From a virus (taxonomy: Duplodnaviria; Caudoviricetes): a stretch of DNA of 35,081 nt. The stretch covers positions 1-35,081 of the IMG/VR virus record IMGVR_UViG_3300020045_005634; one strand, given 5' to 3'. The first letter of the stretch is position 1. Each line of letters starts with the position of its first letter. The position numbers were made by a program, and so were the translations under genes. The notes beneath the pieces are model-generated. The model saw only the letters and a list, made by a program, of their open reading frames with translations, made no database searches and was not told the origin of the DNA. Positions 1 through 8,883 of this stretch are shown here, in pieces.

Positions 1-2
1 AC

Positions 3-755
3 ACGAGTCTGGGGCGAGAGCACGACCATAGGGGTAACTTCAAACAAGTCATAGGGGGGCGGGTACTACACGTTACGCACGTAAAGGAGTACTTACTTGA
101 CCAGATGATCCGCGACCTTAGGGGTGGAGGGAATTATTATGATGTGGCTACGAGGGCAGCTGGTTACCCCCACCTAGTAGGGAAATATCGGGGTGAGTTG
201 TTCTTCTCCAAGGATGAGGAGGCATTGGTAGCCAAGACCATATATAAGTTCAAGGACAAGTTCAAGGTGCTTATCAACCTGTCGGGCTCCTCCCCACACA
301 AAGCATTTGTGCAGGCCAAGGAAGTCATTGACCGCATCATGGATAGATACCCAGATGCCCAAGTATTCACCACGGGGGATAAGCTATCAGAAGGCTTGGA
401 TAGCAAGAGATTTGGGGTCATCAGGCTCTCCAACAAGATGCCCTTCCGCCAAGTCCTCCTCATGGCAAAGTACATGAACTGCGTGATTGGAACTGAGTCT
501 GGCATGATGTGTGGGGCAAGTTGTCATGGGGTGCCTACCATCCAGCTTATGACCGCCGCCAGCCTCAAGAACCACACCCAGTATGCAGACAACAACTATA
601 GTTTGCAGTCACCCGCCCGATGCTCCCCTTGCCACAAGAATCCCTATGATTACTGGGGCTGTCCCACCAAGGATAACTACCCATTGTGCGTATTCTTCGA
701 TGTAGACCGCATCATGGAACAAGTTGAGAAGATTCATGGCCTACATTCAGTGTAG
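3..755 (+). CDS. Glycosyltransferase family 9-like protein (GT-B fold), 5' partial
   Basis: Frame is open from the window edge (first ATG 105); motifs INLSGSSPHK, VIGTESGMMCGASCHGVPTIQL and C-terminal CSPCH..C..C; paralog of 7888-8883. Confidence 0.8.
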   Translation, partial: TSLGREHDHRGNFKQVIGGRVLHVTHVKEYLLDQMIRDLRGGGNYYDVATRAAGYPHLVGKYRGELFFSKDEEALVAKTIYKFKDKFKVLINLSGSSPHKAFVQAKEVIDRIMDRYPDAQVFTTGDKLSEGLDSKRFGVIRLSNKMPFRQVLLMAKYMNCVIGTESGMMCGASCHGVPTIQLMTAASLKNHTQYADNNYSLQSPARCSPCHKNPYDYWGCPTKDNYPLCVFFDVDRIMEQVEKIHGLHSV

Positions 756-1551
756 AGAGCTACAGAAGCTCAGTATGCGGCAGAAGCAAGCCTGCCCCCT
801 CTGTGGCCAACTCCAAACCATCATGATGAGGGGCAAGGTGAGGGACTTAGAGGACAAGACCATCAACGTGGTGGGCGACCGTGGCTACTCATTCTGCAAC
901 TGTCGCAACATATTCTTCACCGATTGGAAGAACATAGACCTCAATATCTATGATGAGGTTTATAGCGAGGCGGAGGGTGGGGATGAAGGCGACAAGAACA
1001 TGCGCCTCATGGAGGTTGAGAAGCAATGGCAGGTGGTGCAACGCTATGCGCCCAAAGCCAAGAGCCTCCTAAACATCGGGGACTATGAGGACACCTTCCT
1101 CGACTACCTAAAGCTCAACAACTTCACCAAAATGGCACTGACCACCATCGACATTATCCCACGTCAGTCGCGCCACAGACTAATAACTGGCAACTTTGAA
1201 CACCACGAATTTGCTGGGGAGAAGTTCGACATCATCTGGATGTCGCATTTCATGGAGCATACCAAGAGCCCGAAGGATGCGCTAATCAAGGCCAAGAGCC
1301 TGATGAATCCTGGCGGCATCATCTTCAACGCCATGCCCGATACCCACCATATCAACTGGTCTGACCCTCTCTCTTGGTACTGGATGGTGCAAGAACACCA
1401 CACCCTCTGGAACATGTATGACTGGGTGAGCTTTGCAAAAGAGGAGTGCGGTCTAGATTGTATCTATGGCAACATCAGTACCGATGTGCTAGAGATTGGA
1501 AGCGGCCACCGTTGGATTAACGAAGCGAGGACAATATTCAAACAGGCATAG
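736..1551 (+). CDS. Class I SAM methyltransferase-fold protein with N-terminal Cys cluster
   Basis: CPLC...CNC; FDIIWMSHFMEH; LMNPGGIIF; EHHTLW. Motif I is atypical (LLNIGDYED). ATG 736 preferred over TTG 724. Confidence 0.75.
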   Translation: MAYIQCRELQKLSMRQKQACPLCGQLQTIMMRGKVRDLEDKTINVVGDRGYSFCNCRNIFFTDWKNIDLNIYDEVYSEAEGGDEGDKNMRLMEVEKQWQVVQRYAPKAKSLLNIGDYEDTFLDYLKLNNFTKMALTTIDIIPRQSRHRLITGNFEHHEFAGEKFDIIWMSHFMEHTKSPKDALIKAKSLMNPGGIIFNAMPDTHHINWSDPLSWYWMVQEHHTLWNMYDWVSFAKEECGLDCIYGNISTDVLEIGSGHRWINEARTIFKQA

Positions 1552-2315
1552 TGATACTACATTACATCAAGGATGATTTGACCAAGGCTTGTGTGCAGTC
1601 CATCAGGGATAATACTCAAGCTGGAAGCTACCACATCTATGTGGTGGATAATAACTCACCCACCCCGACTACAATTCAATCCGACTCAGACCTCACCGTC
1701 ATAAGGAATACATCTAGGTACTCCACAAGTGGGATGAACTTTGGTTTCCACCATGCACTGTATATCTCTGGGCGAGACCATGACTACATAGTCAACCTCG
1801 ACAACGACACCCTAGTCCACAAAGACTGGTTGGAACCCTTGGTCAGGGAGATGGAAGAACACCCACTCACTGGTATCTGTGGGGGCAAGCAGTGGAACAA
1901 GGAAGGCACAGAATACCACTCCGTGGGTGCCGATATGTCAGGCTACATCTATACCAATAGCCCAACGGAGCGCACCGAGGTCAACTGGCTACAAGGTAGC
2001 TTCCACATGTACCGAGCCAAGATGATGAGGATGATTGGGCTACAGGACACCCGTTATCAAGACTACTGCTCAGACTCCGACTACTGCATCCATGCGATTG
2101 ACCGTGGGTGGGATGTGGTATTCGTACCTGATAGCTCAATCACCCACTTCGGTGGAACCTCCTACCGCGAGTACCCCGTTGACCGCGCCGATGACTTCGG
2201 TGCATTCAAAGCAAAGTGGTTTGGCACAAAGTTCAATAGCCTAGCCAATGTACTCCCCATCAACAGCCAAGAACGTCTATACGGCCAAGTAACCTACAAG
2301 GAGTCGCGCCGATGA
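1551..2315 (+). CDS. Glycosyltransferase family 2 (GT-A fold)
   Basis: VVDNNS, LDND (DxD-like), GLQDTRY, SDSDYC, SITHFGG; the start may lie a few codons upstream. Confidence 0.85.
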   Translation: MILHYIKDDLTKACVQSIRDNTQAGSYHIYVVDNNSPTPTTIQSDSDLTVIRNTSRYSTSGMNFGFHHALYISGRDHDYIVNLDNDTLVHKDWLEPLVREMEEHPLTGICGGKQWNKEGTEYHSVGADMSGYIYTNSPTERTEVNWLQGSFHMYRAKMMRMIGLQDTRYQDYCSDSDYCIHAIDRGWDVVFVPDSSITHFGGTSYREYPVDRADDFGAFKAKWFGTKFNSLANVLPINSQERLYGQVTYKESRR

Positions 2316-3511
2316 AAGAGTGTTTAGTGTGCCATAACCCCATATCCCCATTCATGTCATTCGGCAAACAGCCAATTGCCAATGGGTTCCTTACCCCCGA
2401 ACAATTCAACGATGAATACTTCTACGAAATGGAGGTGGCCTTCTGCCAAATCTGCTTCATGGTGCAGCTAGTCAACCAACCCAGCCCATCACAGATGTTC
2501 CATGAGAACTATGCGTTCTACTCCTCAACCTCCAAAGGCATGGCTAGGCACTTTGAACACTTCGCCAATGATGTTATCAGGATGTACTCCCCTTCCTTCG
2601 TTGTGGAGATAGGGAGCAATGACGGCATCATGCTCAAGCACATTGCCAATCAGGACATTCGCCACCTTGGAGTGGAGCCCTCAGAGAACGTAGCGGCCAT
2701 GGCAACGGAGCAGGGAGTCAACAGTATCTCCCAGTTCTTCTCAGAGTCATTAGCAGACAAGATAGTAGATGAGAATGGGCAGGCCGATGTGATTCTCTCT
2801 GCCAACGTGATGGCCCACATATCCGACATCCATGAGGTGATGAGGGGGGTGAAGAAGTTGCTAAAGCCTGATGGCGTCCTCATCTTTGAAGACCCCTACC
2901 TTGGCGACATACTATCGAAGGTTGCCTACGACCAAATCTACGATGAACACGCCTTCTACTTCTCCCTGTCCTCCATAATCTTCCTCATGGGTCTCTACGA
3001 CATGGAGGTTATTGATGTATGGCATCAGGATGTGCATGGTGGTTCTATGCGTTACACGGTGGCGCATAAGGGTCGATTCACACCCAATGAATGTGTAACA
3101 AGGTTGTTACAACAGGAATCCTCCAATGGGCTTAAGGAATCGTCCACCTACGACACCTTCAGGTCTAATGTAGAGCAATCCCGCGACATCCTTGTGGACA
3201 CCCTTCACTCCATCCGCGCTAAGGGTGGGAGGATTGTGGGCTATGCGGCTACCGCAAAGTCTGCCACAGTTCTCAACTACTGCGACATTGGTGCTGACCT
3301 AATCGACTACATCTGCGATACCACACCCATTAAGCAGGGAAAGTGTAGCCCTGGGGCACATATCCCCGTTCGCCCCTATCAAGACTTCAAAGACAACCCT
3401 CCAGACTACGCCATCCTCTTCGCATGGAACCATGCCAAGGAAATCATGGAGAAGGAGAGTGGATTCATGGGGCAGTGGATATTCTATGTGCCCGAGGTGA
3501 GGGTAGAATGA
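2312..3511 (+). CDS. NDP-hexose C3-methyltransferase, TcaB9/KijD1-like
   Basis: Zn ligands CLVC and CQIC; VEIGSNDG; FEDPYLGD..DQIYDEH; VHGGSMRY; GYAATAKS; DTTPIKQG; LFAWNHAKEI. Confidence 0.9.
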   Translation: MKECLVCHNPISPFMSFGKQPIANGFLTPEQFNDEYFYEMEVAFCQICFMVQLVNQPSPSQMFHENYAFYSSTSKGMARHFEHFANDVIRMYSPSFVVEIGSNDGIMLKHIANQDIRHLGVEPSENVAAMATEQGVNSISQFFSESLADKIVDENGQADVILSANVMAHISDIHEVMRGVKKLLKPDGVLIFEDPYLGDILSKVAYDQIYDEHAFYFSLSSIIFLMGLYDMEVIDVWHQDVHGGSMRYTVAHKGRFTPNECVTRLLQQESSNGLKESSTYDTFRSNVEQSRDILVDTLHSIRAKGGRIVGYAATAKSATVLNYCDIGADLIDYICDTTPIKQGKCSPGAHIPVRPYQDFKDNPPDYAILFAWNHAKEIMEKESGFMGQWIFYVPEVRVE

Positions 3512-4521
3512 CGCCAGTTGCTAACCCCCTAGCGTCATATCTTGAGCATAAGGCAGAGATAGATAAGGCTGTCTTAGGCGTGCTAGCCAGCGGGTCTTAT
3601 ATCCTAGGCGAACAGGTTAAAGCCTTTGAGAAGGGCTTTGCCAAGTATCTTGGGGTGAAACATGTCATTGGTGTAGCTAGTGGAACCGATGCCCTTCACC
3701 TTGGTATGAGGGCACTAGGCATAGGCCATGGGGATGAGGTCATAACGGTGAGTCATACCGCCGTAGCCACAGTCGCCGCAATCGCCATGACTGGCGCAAC
3801 CCCAGTGTTGATTGACATAGAACCCGACACCTTCACCATAGACCCAACAAAGATAGAACAAGCCATCACCAAGCGCACGAAGGCCATACTCCCAGTCCAT
3901 CTCTACGGTAATCCAGCCAACATGGAAGCTATCAACTGGATTTCCAAGAACCGCAACCTCATGGTCATTGAGGATTGCGCTCAAGCCACAGGTGGCAAGT
4001 ATAAAGGCAAACGCCTTGGCTCCATAGGGAACATTGGTTGCTTCTCCTTCTACCCCACCAAGAACCTTGGGTGCTTTGGGGATGGTGGAGCCATCTCTAC
4101 CAACAACCACAAGGTTGCCAAGAAGCTCAGGCTCTTGCGCCAGTACGGTTGGGAGAAGCGTTACATAAGCTCCATCCATGGATTCAACTCTCGCCTTGAT
4201 GAGATACAGGCGGCAGTGCTTAACGTGAAGCTCAAGTACCTCGATAGAGACAACAAGCGTAGGGCAGACGTAGCCCAATACTACGGTAAGCTCAACAAGG
4301 ATTCCGTCTACCACCTATATGTCACAAGGAAGGCCGACAGGTCAAGATACATGAAATACATGGAGACCCTTGGCATCCAAACCTCCATCCACTACCCCGT
4401 ACCTATACATCTCCAACCCGCCTACAAGTCTCTCGCAAGGGTCTCTGGCTCCATGAGCAATACAGAGTTGGCCGCTAAACAGGTAGTCTCACTACCTATG
4501 TACCCAGGTGCCTATGAATAA
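3508..4521 (+). CDS. DegT/DnrJ/EryC1/StrS PLP-dependent sugar aminotransferase (FdtB/QdtB-like)
   Basis: SGTDAL, PVHLYG, EDCAQA, SFYPTKNLG (PLP lysine), GDGG, NSRLDEIQAA; ATG 3508 overlaps the upstream stop (ATGA). Confidence 0.93.
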   Translation: MTPVANPLASYLEHKAEIDKAVLGVLASGSYILGEQVKAFEKGFAKYLGVKHVIGVASGTDALHLGMRALGIGHGDEVITVSHTAVATVAAIAMTGATPVLIDIEPDTFTIDPTKIEQAITKRTKAILPVHLYGNPANMEAINWISKNRNLMVIEDCAQATGGKYKGKRLGSIGNIGCFSFYPTKNLGCFGDGGAISTNNHKVAKKLRLLRQYGWEKRYISSIHGFNSRLDEIQAAVLNVKLKYLDRDNKRRADVAQYYGKLNKDSVYHLYVTRKADRSRYMKYMETLGIQTSIHYPVPIHLQPAYKSLARVSGSMSNTELAAKQVVSLPMYPGAYE

Positions 4522-4900
4522 TGTGAAGCTGTATGACATTAAGAGTCTGGATGAGGAGAATGGGAGTCTAGCGTTCATCGAGACACCATTCGCTGTGAAC
4601 AGGATGTTTTATGTCTATGGGGTGCGTACAGGTGACATCCGTGGGAAGCACGCACATAAGTCGTGTAAGCAACTGTTGGTGTGTATCAAAGGTGCGGTCA
4701 ATGTAGTCTGTGATGATGGACAGGCGCGAACCATGTACACATTGAACTCTCCCCTTCAAGGTCTCTACATCCCTCCGCTCATCTGGGCGGAGCAATACTA
4801 CCACTCACCCGACAGCATGTTGGTGGCCCTAGCCAGCCACAAGTATGACGAGAGCGACTACATCAGAGACTATGAACTCTACAGGGAGACTGTGCTTTGA
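4514..4900 (+). CDS. FdtA/QdtA-type sugar 3,4-ketoisomerase (cupin, WxcM-like)
   Basis: NGSLAFIE, PFAVNRMFY, RGKHAHK (catalytic His pair), GLYIPPLIW, YDESDYIRDY. Confidence 0.92.
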   Translation: MNNVKLYDIKSLDEENGSLAFIETPFAVNRMFYVYGVRTGDIRGKHAHKSCKQLLVCIKGAVNVVCDDGQARTMYTLNSPLQGLYIPPLIWAEQYYHSPDSMLVALASHKYDESDYIRDYELYRETVL

Positions 4901-5580
4901 AAATCCTGATGACAGGCGGCACTGGGCTCCTCGGTCAAGAGATACTCAAGCTCGACCCATCCATTGAGGCTCCGCCCCGCTGGAAGATGGACATAACCTA
5001 CTATGAGGCCATAGAGCGTGAGCTTTACACCTCCAAGCCCGATACCGTCCTCCACCTTGCCGCAGAGACCGACTGCCTGATGCACAACAGCAAGCCAGAC
5101 CTTGGTATCAAGGCCAACATAATTGGCACTGCCAACATGGTGCTGGTCTGTATGCAGTTTGGTATTAGACTGGTCTACATCTCCACCGACTATGTATATC
5201 AGGGTTCTGGACCCCACAAGGAGGATGAGCCCTTGCGCCCTCCCTACAACTTCGGCTGGTCTAAGCTTGGTGGCGAGTGCAGTGTGATTACCTACACGAA
5301 CTCCCTGATACTTCGGTTGTCCTTTGGCCCACGCCCATTCCCTTGGCCCAAGGTCTATGAGGGTCAGACAAACTCCAAGTTATATGTAGACGAGATGGCA
5401 AAGCTCGTATTAGCCGCTACCAAGTCCACCTCCATAGGCATCATGAATCTTGGTGGAAAATCAAATACACTTGAAGAATATGCAAAGAGGACTAAGCCAG
5501 AGATTACCACCATTCCTTGCCCTGATTGGGTACCTAAGGACACCTCGCTCGACCTAACCCGTATGGAGACAGAGATATGA
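4897..5580 (+). CDS. RmlD-like NDP-4-keto-6-deoxyhexose reductase (short SDR)
   Basis: TGGTGLLG, HLAAETD, YISTDYVY; the usual YxxxK reads FGWSK (YNFGWSK). Confidence 0.82.
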   Translation: MKILMTGGTGLLGQEILKLDPSIEAPPRWKMDITYYEAIERELYTSKPDTVLHLAAETDCLMHNSKPDLGIKANIIGTANMVLVCMQFGIRLVYISTDYVYQGSGPHKEDEPLRPPYNFGWSKLGGECSVITYTNSLILRLSFGPRPFPWPKVYEGQTNSKLYVDEMAKLVLAATKSTSIGIMNLGGKSNTLEEYAKRTKPEITTIPCPDWVPKDTSLDLTRMETEI

Positions 5581-6470
5581 AGATTGTGATAACAGGTGCG
5601 CTCGGTCATGTGGGTTCCAAGCTAATCCGAGGGTTAGACCACGAACTAGTCCTCATCGACAACTTCAATACACAAGCCTACCCGTCCCTCTTCAACCTGA
5701 AGGCCAACCATAAGTTCATCCAAGCCGACATCCTTGATATGGACTTGGTAAACACATTCAAGGGTGCTGATGTAGTTATCCACCTAGCTGCCATTGCCGA
5801 CCCAGAGAACAGTCTGAAGCAGAAGGAGGAAGTCTGGAGGGTCAACTACACTGGCACTGAGAATGTAGCCCGTGCCTGCATGAATCTCTCCATCCCCATG
5901 ATATTCGTATCCACCACCAGCGTCTATGGGGTTCAGGAGGAAGAGGTAGATGAGACCTGCACAGTCCTCAAGCCCCAAACCCCCTACGCCGAATACAAGA
6001 TAAAGGCGGAGGAGTTGCTCAAAGAGCTGGGTACAAGTGGCTTAAGGTTCATCACCTGTCGCCTCGGAACCATATTTGGCCCAACCCCAGGTATGCGCTT
6101 CCACACTGCAGTAAACCGCTTCTGCTTCCAATCGGCCATGGGTCAGCCCATCACAGTCTGGAAGACCGCCCTCAATCAAAACCGCCCATACCTTGCGATA
6201 GAGGATTTGGTAAAGGCTATGAAATTCATCATAGACAATAAGGTGTATACCAACGAGATATACAATGTGGTCACTTTAAATACCACCGTTGGGCACATCA
6301 TAGACATCATCAAGGAAGTAATCCCCGACCTCTCCATCAACTATGTGGACTCTCCCATTATGAGCCAGTTGTCATACACCATCAGTAATAAGAAGTTCAG
6401 AGACCTTGGCTTTGAGTTTGAGGGCAATATGCCCAAGGGCGTTAAGGCCACATTGAGGATGCTGAAATGA
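5577..6470 (+). CDS. NAD-dependent nucleotide-sugar epimerase/dehydratase (extended SDR)
   Basis: TGALGHVG, HLAAI, STTSVYG, YAEYK, RLGTIFG..MRFHTAVN. Confidence 0.88.
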   Translation: MKIVITGALGHVGSKLIRGLDHELVLIDNFNTQAYPSLFNLKANHKFIQADILDMDLVNTFKGADVVIHLAAIADPENSLKQKEEVWRVNYTGTENVARACMNLSIPMIFVSTTSVYGVQEEEVDETCTVLKPQTPYAEYKIKAEELLKELGTSGLRFITCRLGTIFGPTPGMRFHTAVNRFCFQSAMGQPITVWKTALNQNRPYLAIEDLVKAMKFIIDNKVYTNEIYNVVTLNTTVGHIIDIIKEVIPDLSINYVDSPIMSQLSYTISNKKFRDLGFEFEGNMPKGVKATLRMLK

Positions 6471-7249
6471 ATGTCTGTGTAGTCATCCCCATGTACGGCA
6501 AGTCTGAGTACACCGACAAGTGTGTTGAGTACACCATGAAGAATGCGGGTGTGCCTGCTGACATCCTCGTAGTCGATGATGGTTCGCCAAAGCCATATAC
6601 AACCAAAGAGAATGTAACAGTCCTGCGGATTGAGAAGAACTCAGGCTTCACCAATGCAGTCAATCAAGGCATCCTCTGGGCTCTCAAGCGCGACTACGAC
6701 CATGTATTACTGCTCAACAACGACACCGAGCCTGAGAATGACTTCCTCAAGCACCTCGTAGATTCCATGGATGACCCCACCGTGGGTATCTCTTGCTCTG
6801 TGCGCCGTCACCCCAAGAAGAAGGGAGAGTCCATAGAACTATGCGGCTCTGACCTCATCCGAGGCTTCCAATACTTCACCGAGGAATCCAAGCTACCCAA
6901 AGACCCCATCCCTTGCAACTGGGTACCCCTATGCTCAGGCTTACTCAGGGTCTCCATGATTAGGGAGATAGGCTTGTTGGACAAGCGTATGCGCAACCAC
7001 TGTAGCGATACCGAGTATTGCTTCAGAGCCAAGTTCGCCGAGTGGAAGGTGATGCTAGTACCCAAGTCAATTGTGGTCCACCACCTATCCGTTACCACCA
7101 CAGCCAACGGTGTCCTTGTTGATGACGACCAACGCCTTATGCTTGAGAAGATAGCGGGGCTAGACTACGCCAAGCTAATGACAGCCATGCCACTGGATGG
7201 GGAGAAGAAAACATGGGGAAGGTTAAACTTCGAGGTATACACAAAGTGA
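6467..7249 (+). CDS. Glycosyltransferase family 2 (GT-A fold)
   Basis: VVIPMY, VVDDGS, NSGFTNAVNQG, LLNNDT, GLLDKR, SDTEYC; paralog of 1551-2315. Confidence 0.9.
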   Translation: MNVCVVIPMYGKSEYTDKCVEYTMKNAGVPADILVVDDGSPKPYTTKENVTVLRIEKNSGFTNAVNQGILWALKRDYDHVLLLNNDTEPENDFLKHLVDSMDDPTVGISCSVRRHPKKKGESIELCGSDLIRGFQYFTEESKLPKDPIPCNWVPLCSGLLRVSMIREIGLLDKRMRNHCSDTEYCFRAKFAEWKVMLVPKSIVVHHLSVTTTANGVLVDDDQRLMLEKIAGLDYAKLMTAMPLDGEKKTWGRLNFEVYTK

Positions 7250-7377
7250 ACAAAGACCAAGAGACTATCAAGATGGTTCAGTGCCCGAAGTGTAAGCGGT
7301 ATGGCCTAGAGATAGCCAAAGGCTACCCAAAATGCGTACTTTGCGGGGAGTGGTTTAAGCAACCAACCCATGACTAA
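7246..7377 (+). CDS. 43-aa Zn-ribbon protein (absent from the ORF track)
   Basis: GTG overlaps the GT2 stop (GTGA); [43 protein letters not shown] has two CxxC pairs. Confidence 0.6.
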   Translation: MNKDQETIKMVQCPKCKRYGLEIAKGYPKCVLCGEWFKQPTHD

Positions 7378-7813
7378 TCTTGCTTGCTCTCCTACAAGAA
7401 CATGGACGACATCTTTTGCTAAGTCTTTTCCAGTCTTTCCTAGACCAAAAAAGCTTAATACAGTCTGTACATTTTATAACTATAAACCCTCTTCTACTTT
7501 TATGATGATTCCAGGTCAAGCCTTCTTTTATAGCATTTGGTCTAGGCTTCTGAACCTTTATCAGTGCTTTAGAACCAAGTGGTCTAATCCACTTCCAATC
7601 GTCCTGTCTGCTTTTATCTTCCTTGTAGTGGCACTTTACATGGTCAGCTCTGGTCATAACAACAAGATTACTTATCCTATTGTCATCCTTAATCCCATTC
7701 TTATGATGAACAATCTCATATGGTTTAAGTTTCCTTTTGAGATGATTCTGCATCACCAACCGATGTTCAAATTCTTGCTTACCATTGACATAGAACTTCT
7801 TGTATTGTCGCAC
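7355..7813 (-). CDS. HNH homing endonuclease (HNH_3 type), antisense to the operon
   Basis: [28 protein letters not shown]; C-terminal CxxC pairs; AAGGAG RBS before GTG; visibly AT-richer than neighbours. Confidence 0.88.
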   Translation of the reverse strand: MRQYKKFYVNGKQEFEHRLVMQNHLKRKLKPYEIVHHKNGIKDDNRISNLVVMTRADHVKCHYKEDKSRQDDWKWIRPLGSKALIKVQKPRPNAIKEGLTWNHHKSRRGFIVIKCTDCIKLFWSRKDWKRLSKRCRPCSCRRASKISHGLVA

Positions 7814-7837
7814 TGGTTCTCCTTAGTTAATATGTAT

Positions 7838-7869
7838 ATTATAATGCACCAGTTCTCAACGCCTGTCAA
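7838..7869 (-). promoter_or_regulatory. Sigma70-like promoter for the HNH gene
   Basis: TTGACA at 7869-7864; CATTAT at 17-nt spacing and an overlapping TATAAT (7843-7838) at 20-nt spacing. Confidence 0.55.
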
Positions 7870-7887
7870 GGCAGAAAGGATTCCCCA

Positions 7888-8883
7888 GTGAAGGTATTGA
7901 TATGGCGCACTGGGGCGTATTAGGGCGACTGCCTTATTACGACCCCTCTAATCAGACATTTATCTAACCAAGGTCATCAGATATTCTATGTGGGCGGTGA
8001 GCGCGGTGAGGAAGTCCTCAAGAACAACCCACATGTGTTCAAGATGATACCCCATGATAAGAATGTAAAGAATGAGCTATTGGGACAGCACATTGATTGG
8101 CTCAAGCGCAAGTATCACTGTGATAGGGTCATAGACTTGAATGAGTCGGTGGAATGTGCGCTGTCGCAGCATCCTCGCTCGGCTGACTACAAATTGCCCA
8201 AGAATGAGCGGATTGCCAAGTTCAACCGTAACTTCTACGAGTATTGCTTTGAACATTCCAAGGAGCTGTGGGATAGCACCACGGACTTCACCCCTGAGTT
8301 GTTCTTTGACCAGAAAGAGATGGATGAGGCCCGCAAGTACCTCAAGCCCGACTGTTACAACGTCCTAGTCGGTCTCTCTGGCTCTGGCAACAACAAGGCT
8401 TACCCCTGGATGATGGACCTCTGCAACAACATAGGGAAGACCCATCCCAACGTCCACATCATCACCGTGGGAGACATGAAGTGTAAGATATTGGAGGACA
8501 TTGAGACTCCCGACCTCACCAATGTGACCAAGCTCTCTGGTGAGATACCCATGAGGATATCCATGGCTCTTACCTCCATGGTCAACCTTGTAATCAGTCC
8601 CGACACTGGCCTCCTCCATGCCGCTGGATGCTACCCCACACCCAAGATAGCCCTCTACGGCCACAACACCCATGAGGTTATCAGCAAACACTTTACCAAC
8701 GTTCACCCCATTCAAGCCGATGAGAAGCTGGCACCCTGTTCCCCATGCCTACTCATGATATATGAGCCCAAGCAACAATGCCCCCTGTCCTACTCCACCA
8801 ACTCCTCCATCTGCATGGCAGACGGCATCCCGCTTCAAACGGTCTATAACAAGTTCGTTGAGGTCTACAATGCTGGACTTTAA
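7888..8883 (+). CDS. Glycosyltransferase family 9-like protein with an in-frame TAG at codon 12 (recoded gene or pseudogene)
   Basis: AGAAAGGA RBS then GTG 7888: MKVLIWRTGAY*GDCLITTPLIRHL, in frame with ORF 7990-8883 (VISPDTGLLHAAG, PKIALYG, CSPC..C..C). Confidence 0.8.

Noticed and set aside
7370-7891. 173-aa hydrophobic + strand ORF
   Set aside because: Shadow of the Lys-rich HNH gene on the opposite strand; its hydrophobicity follows from complementary AAR codons
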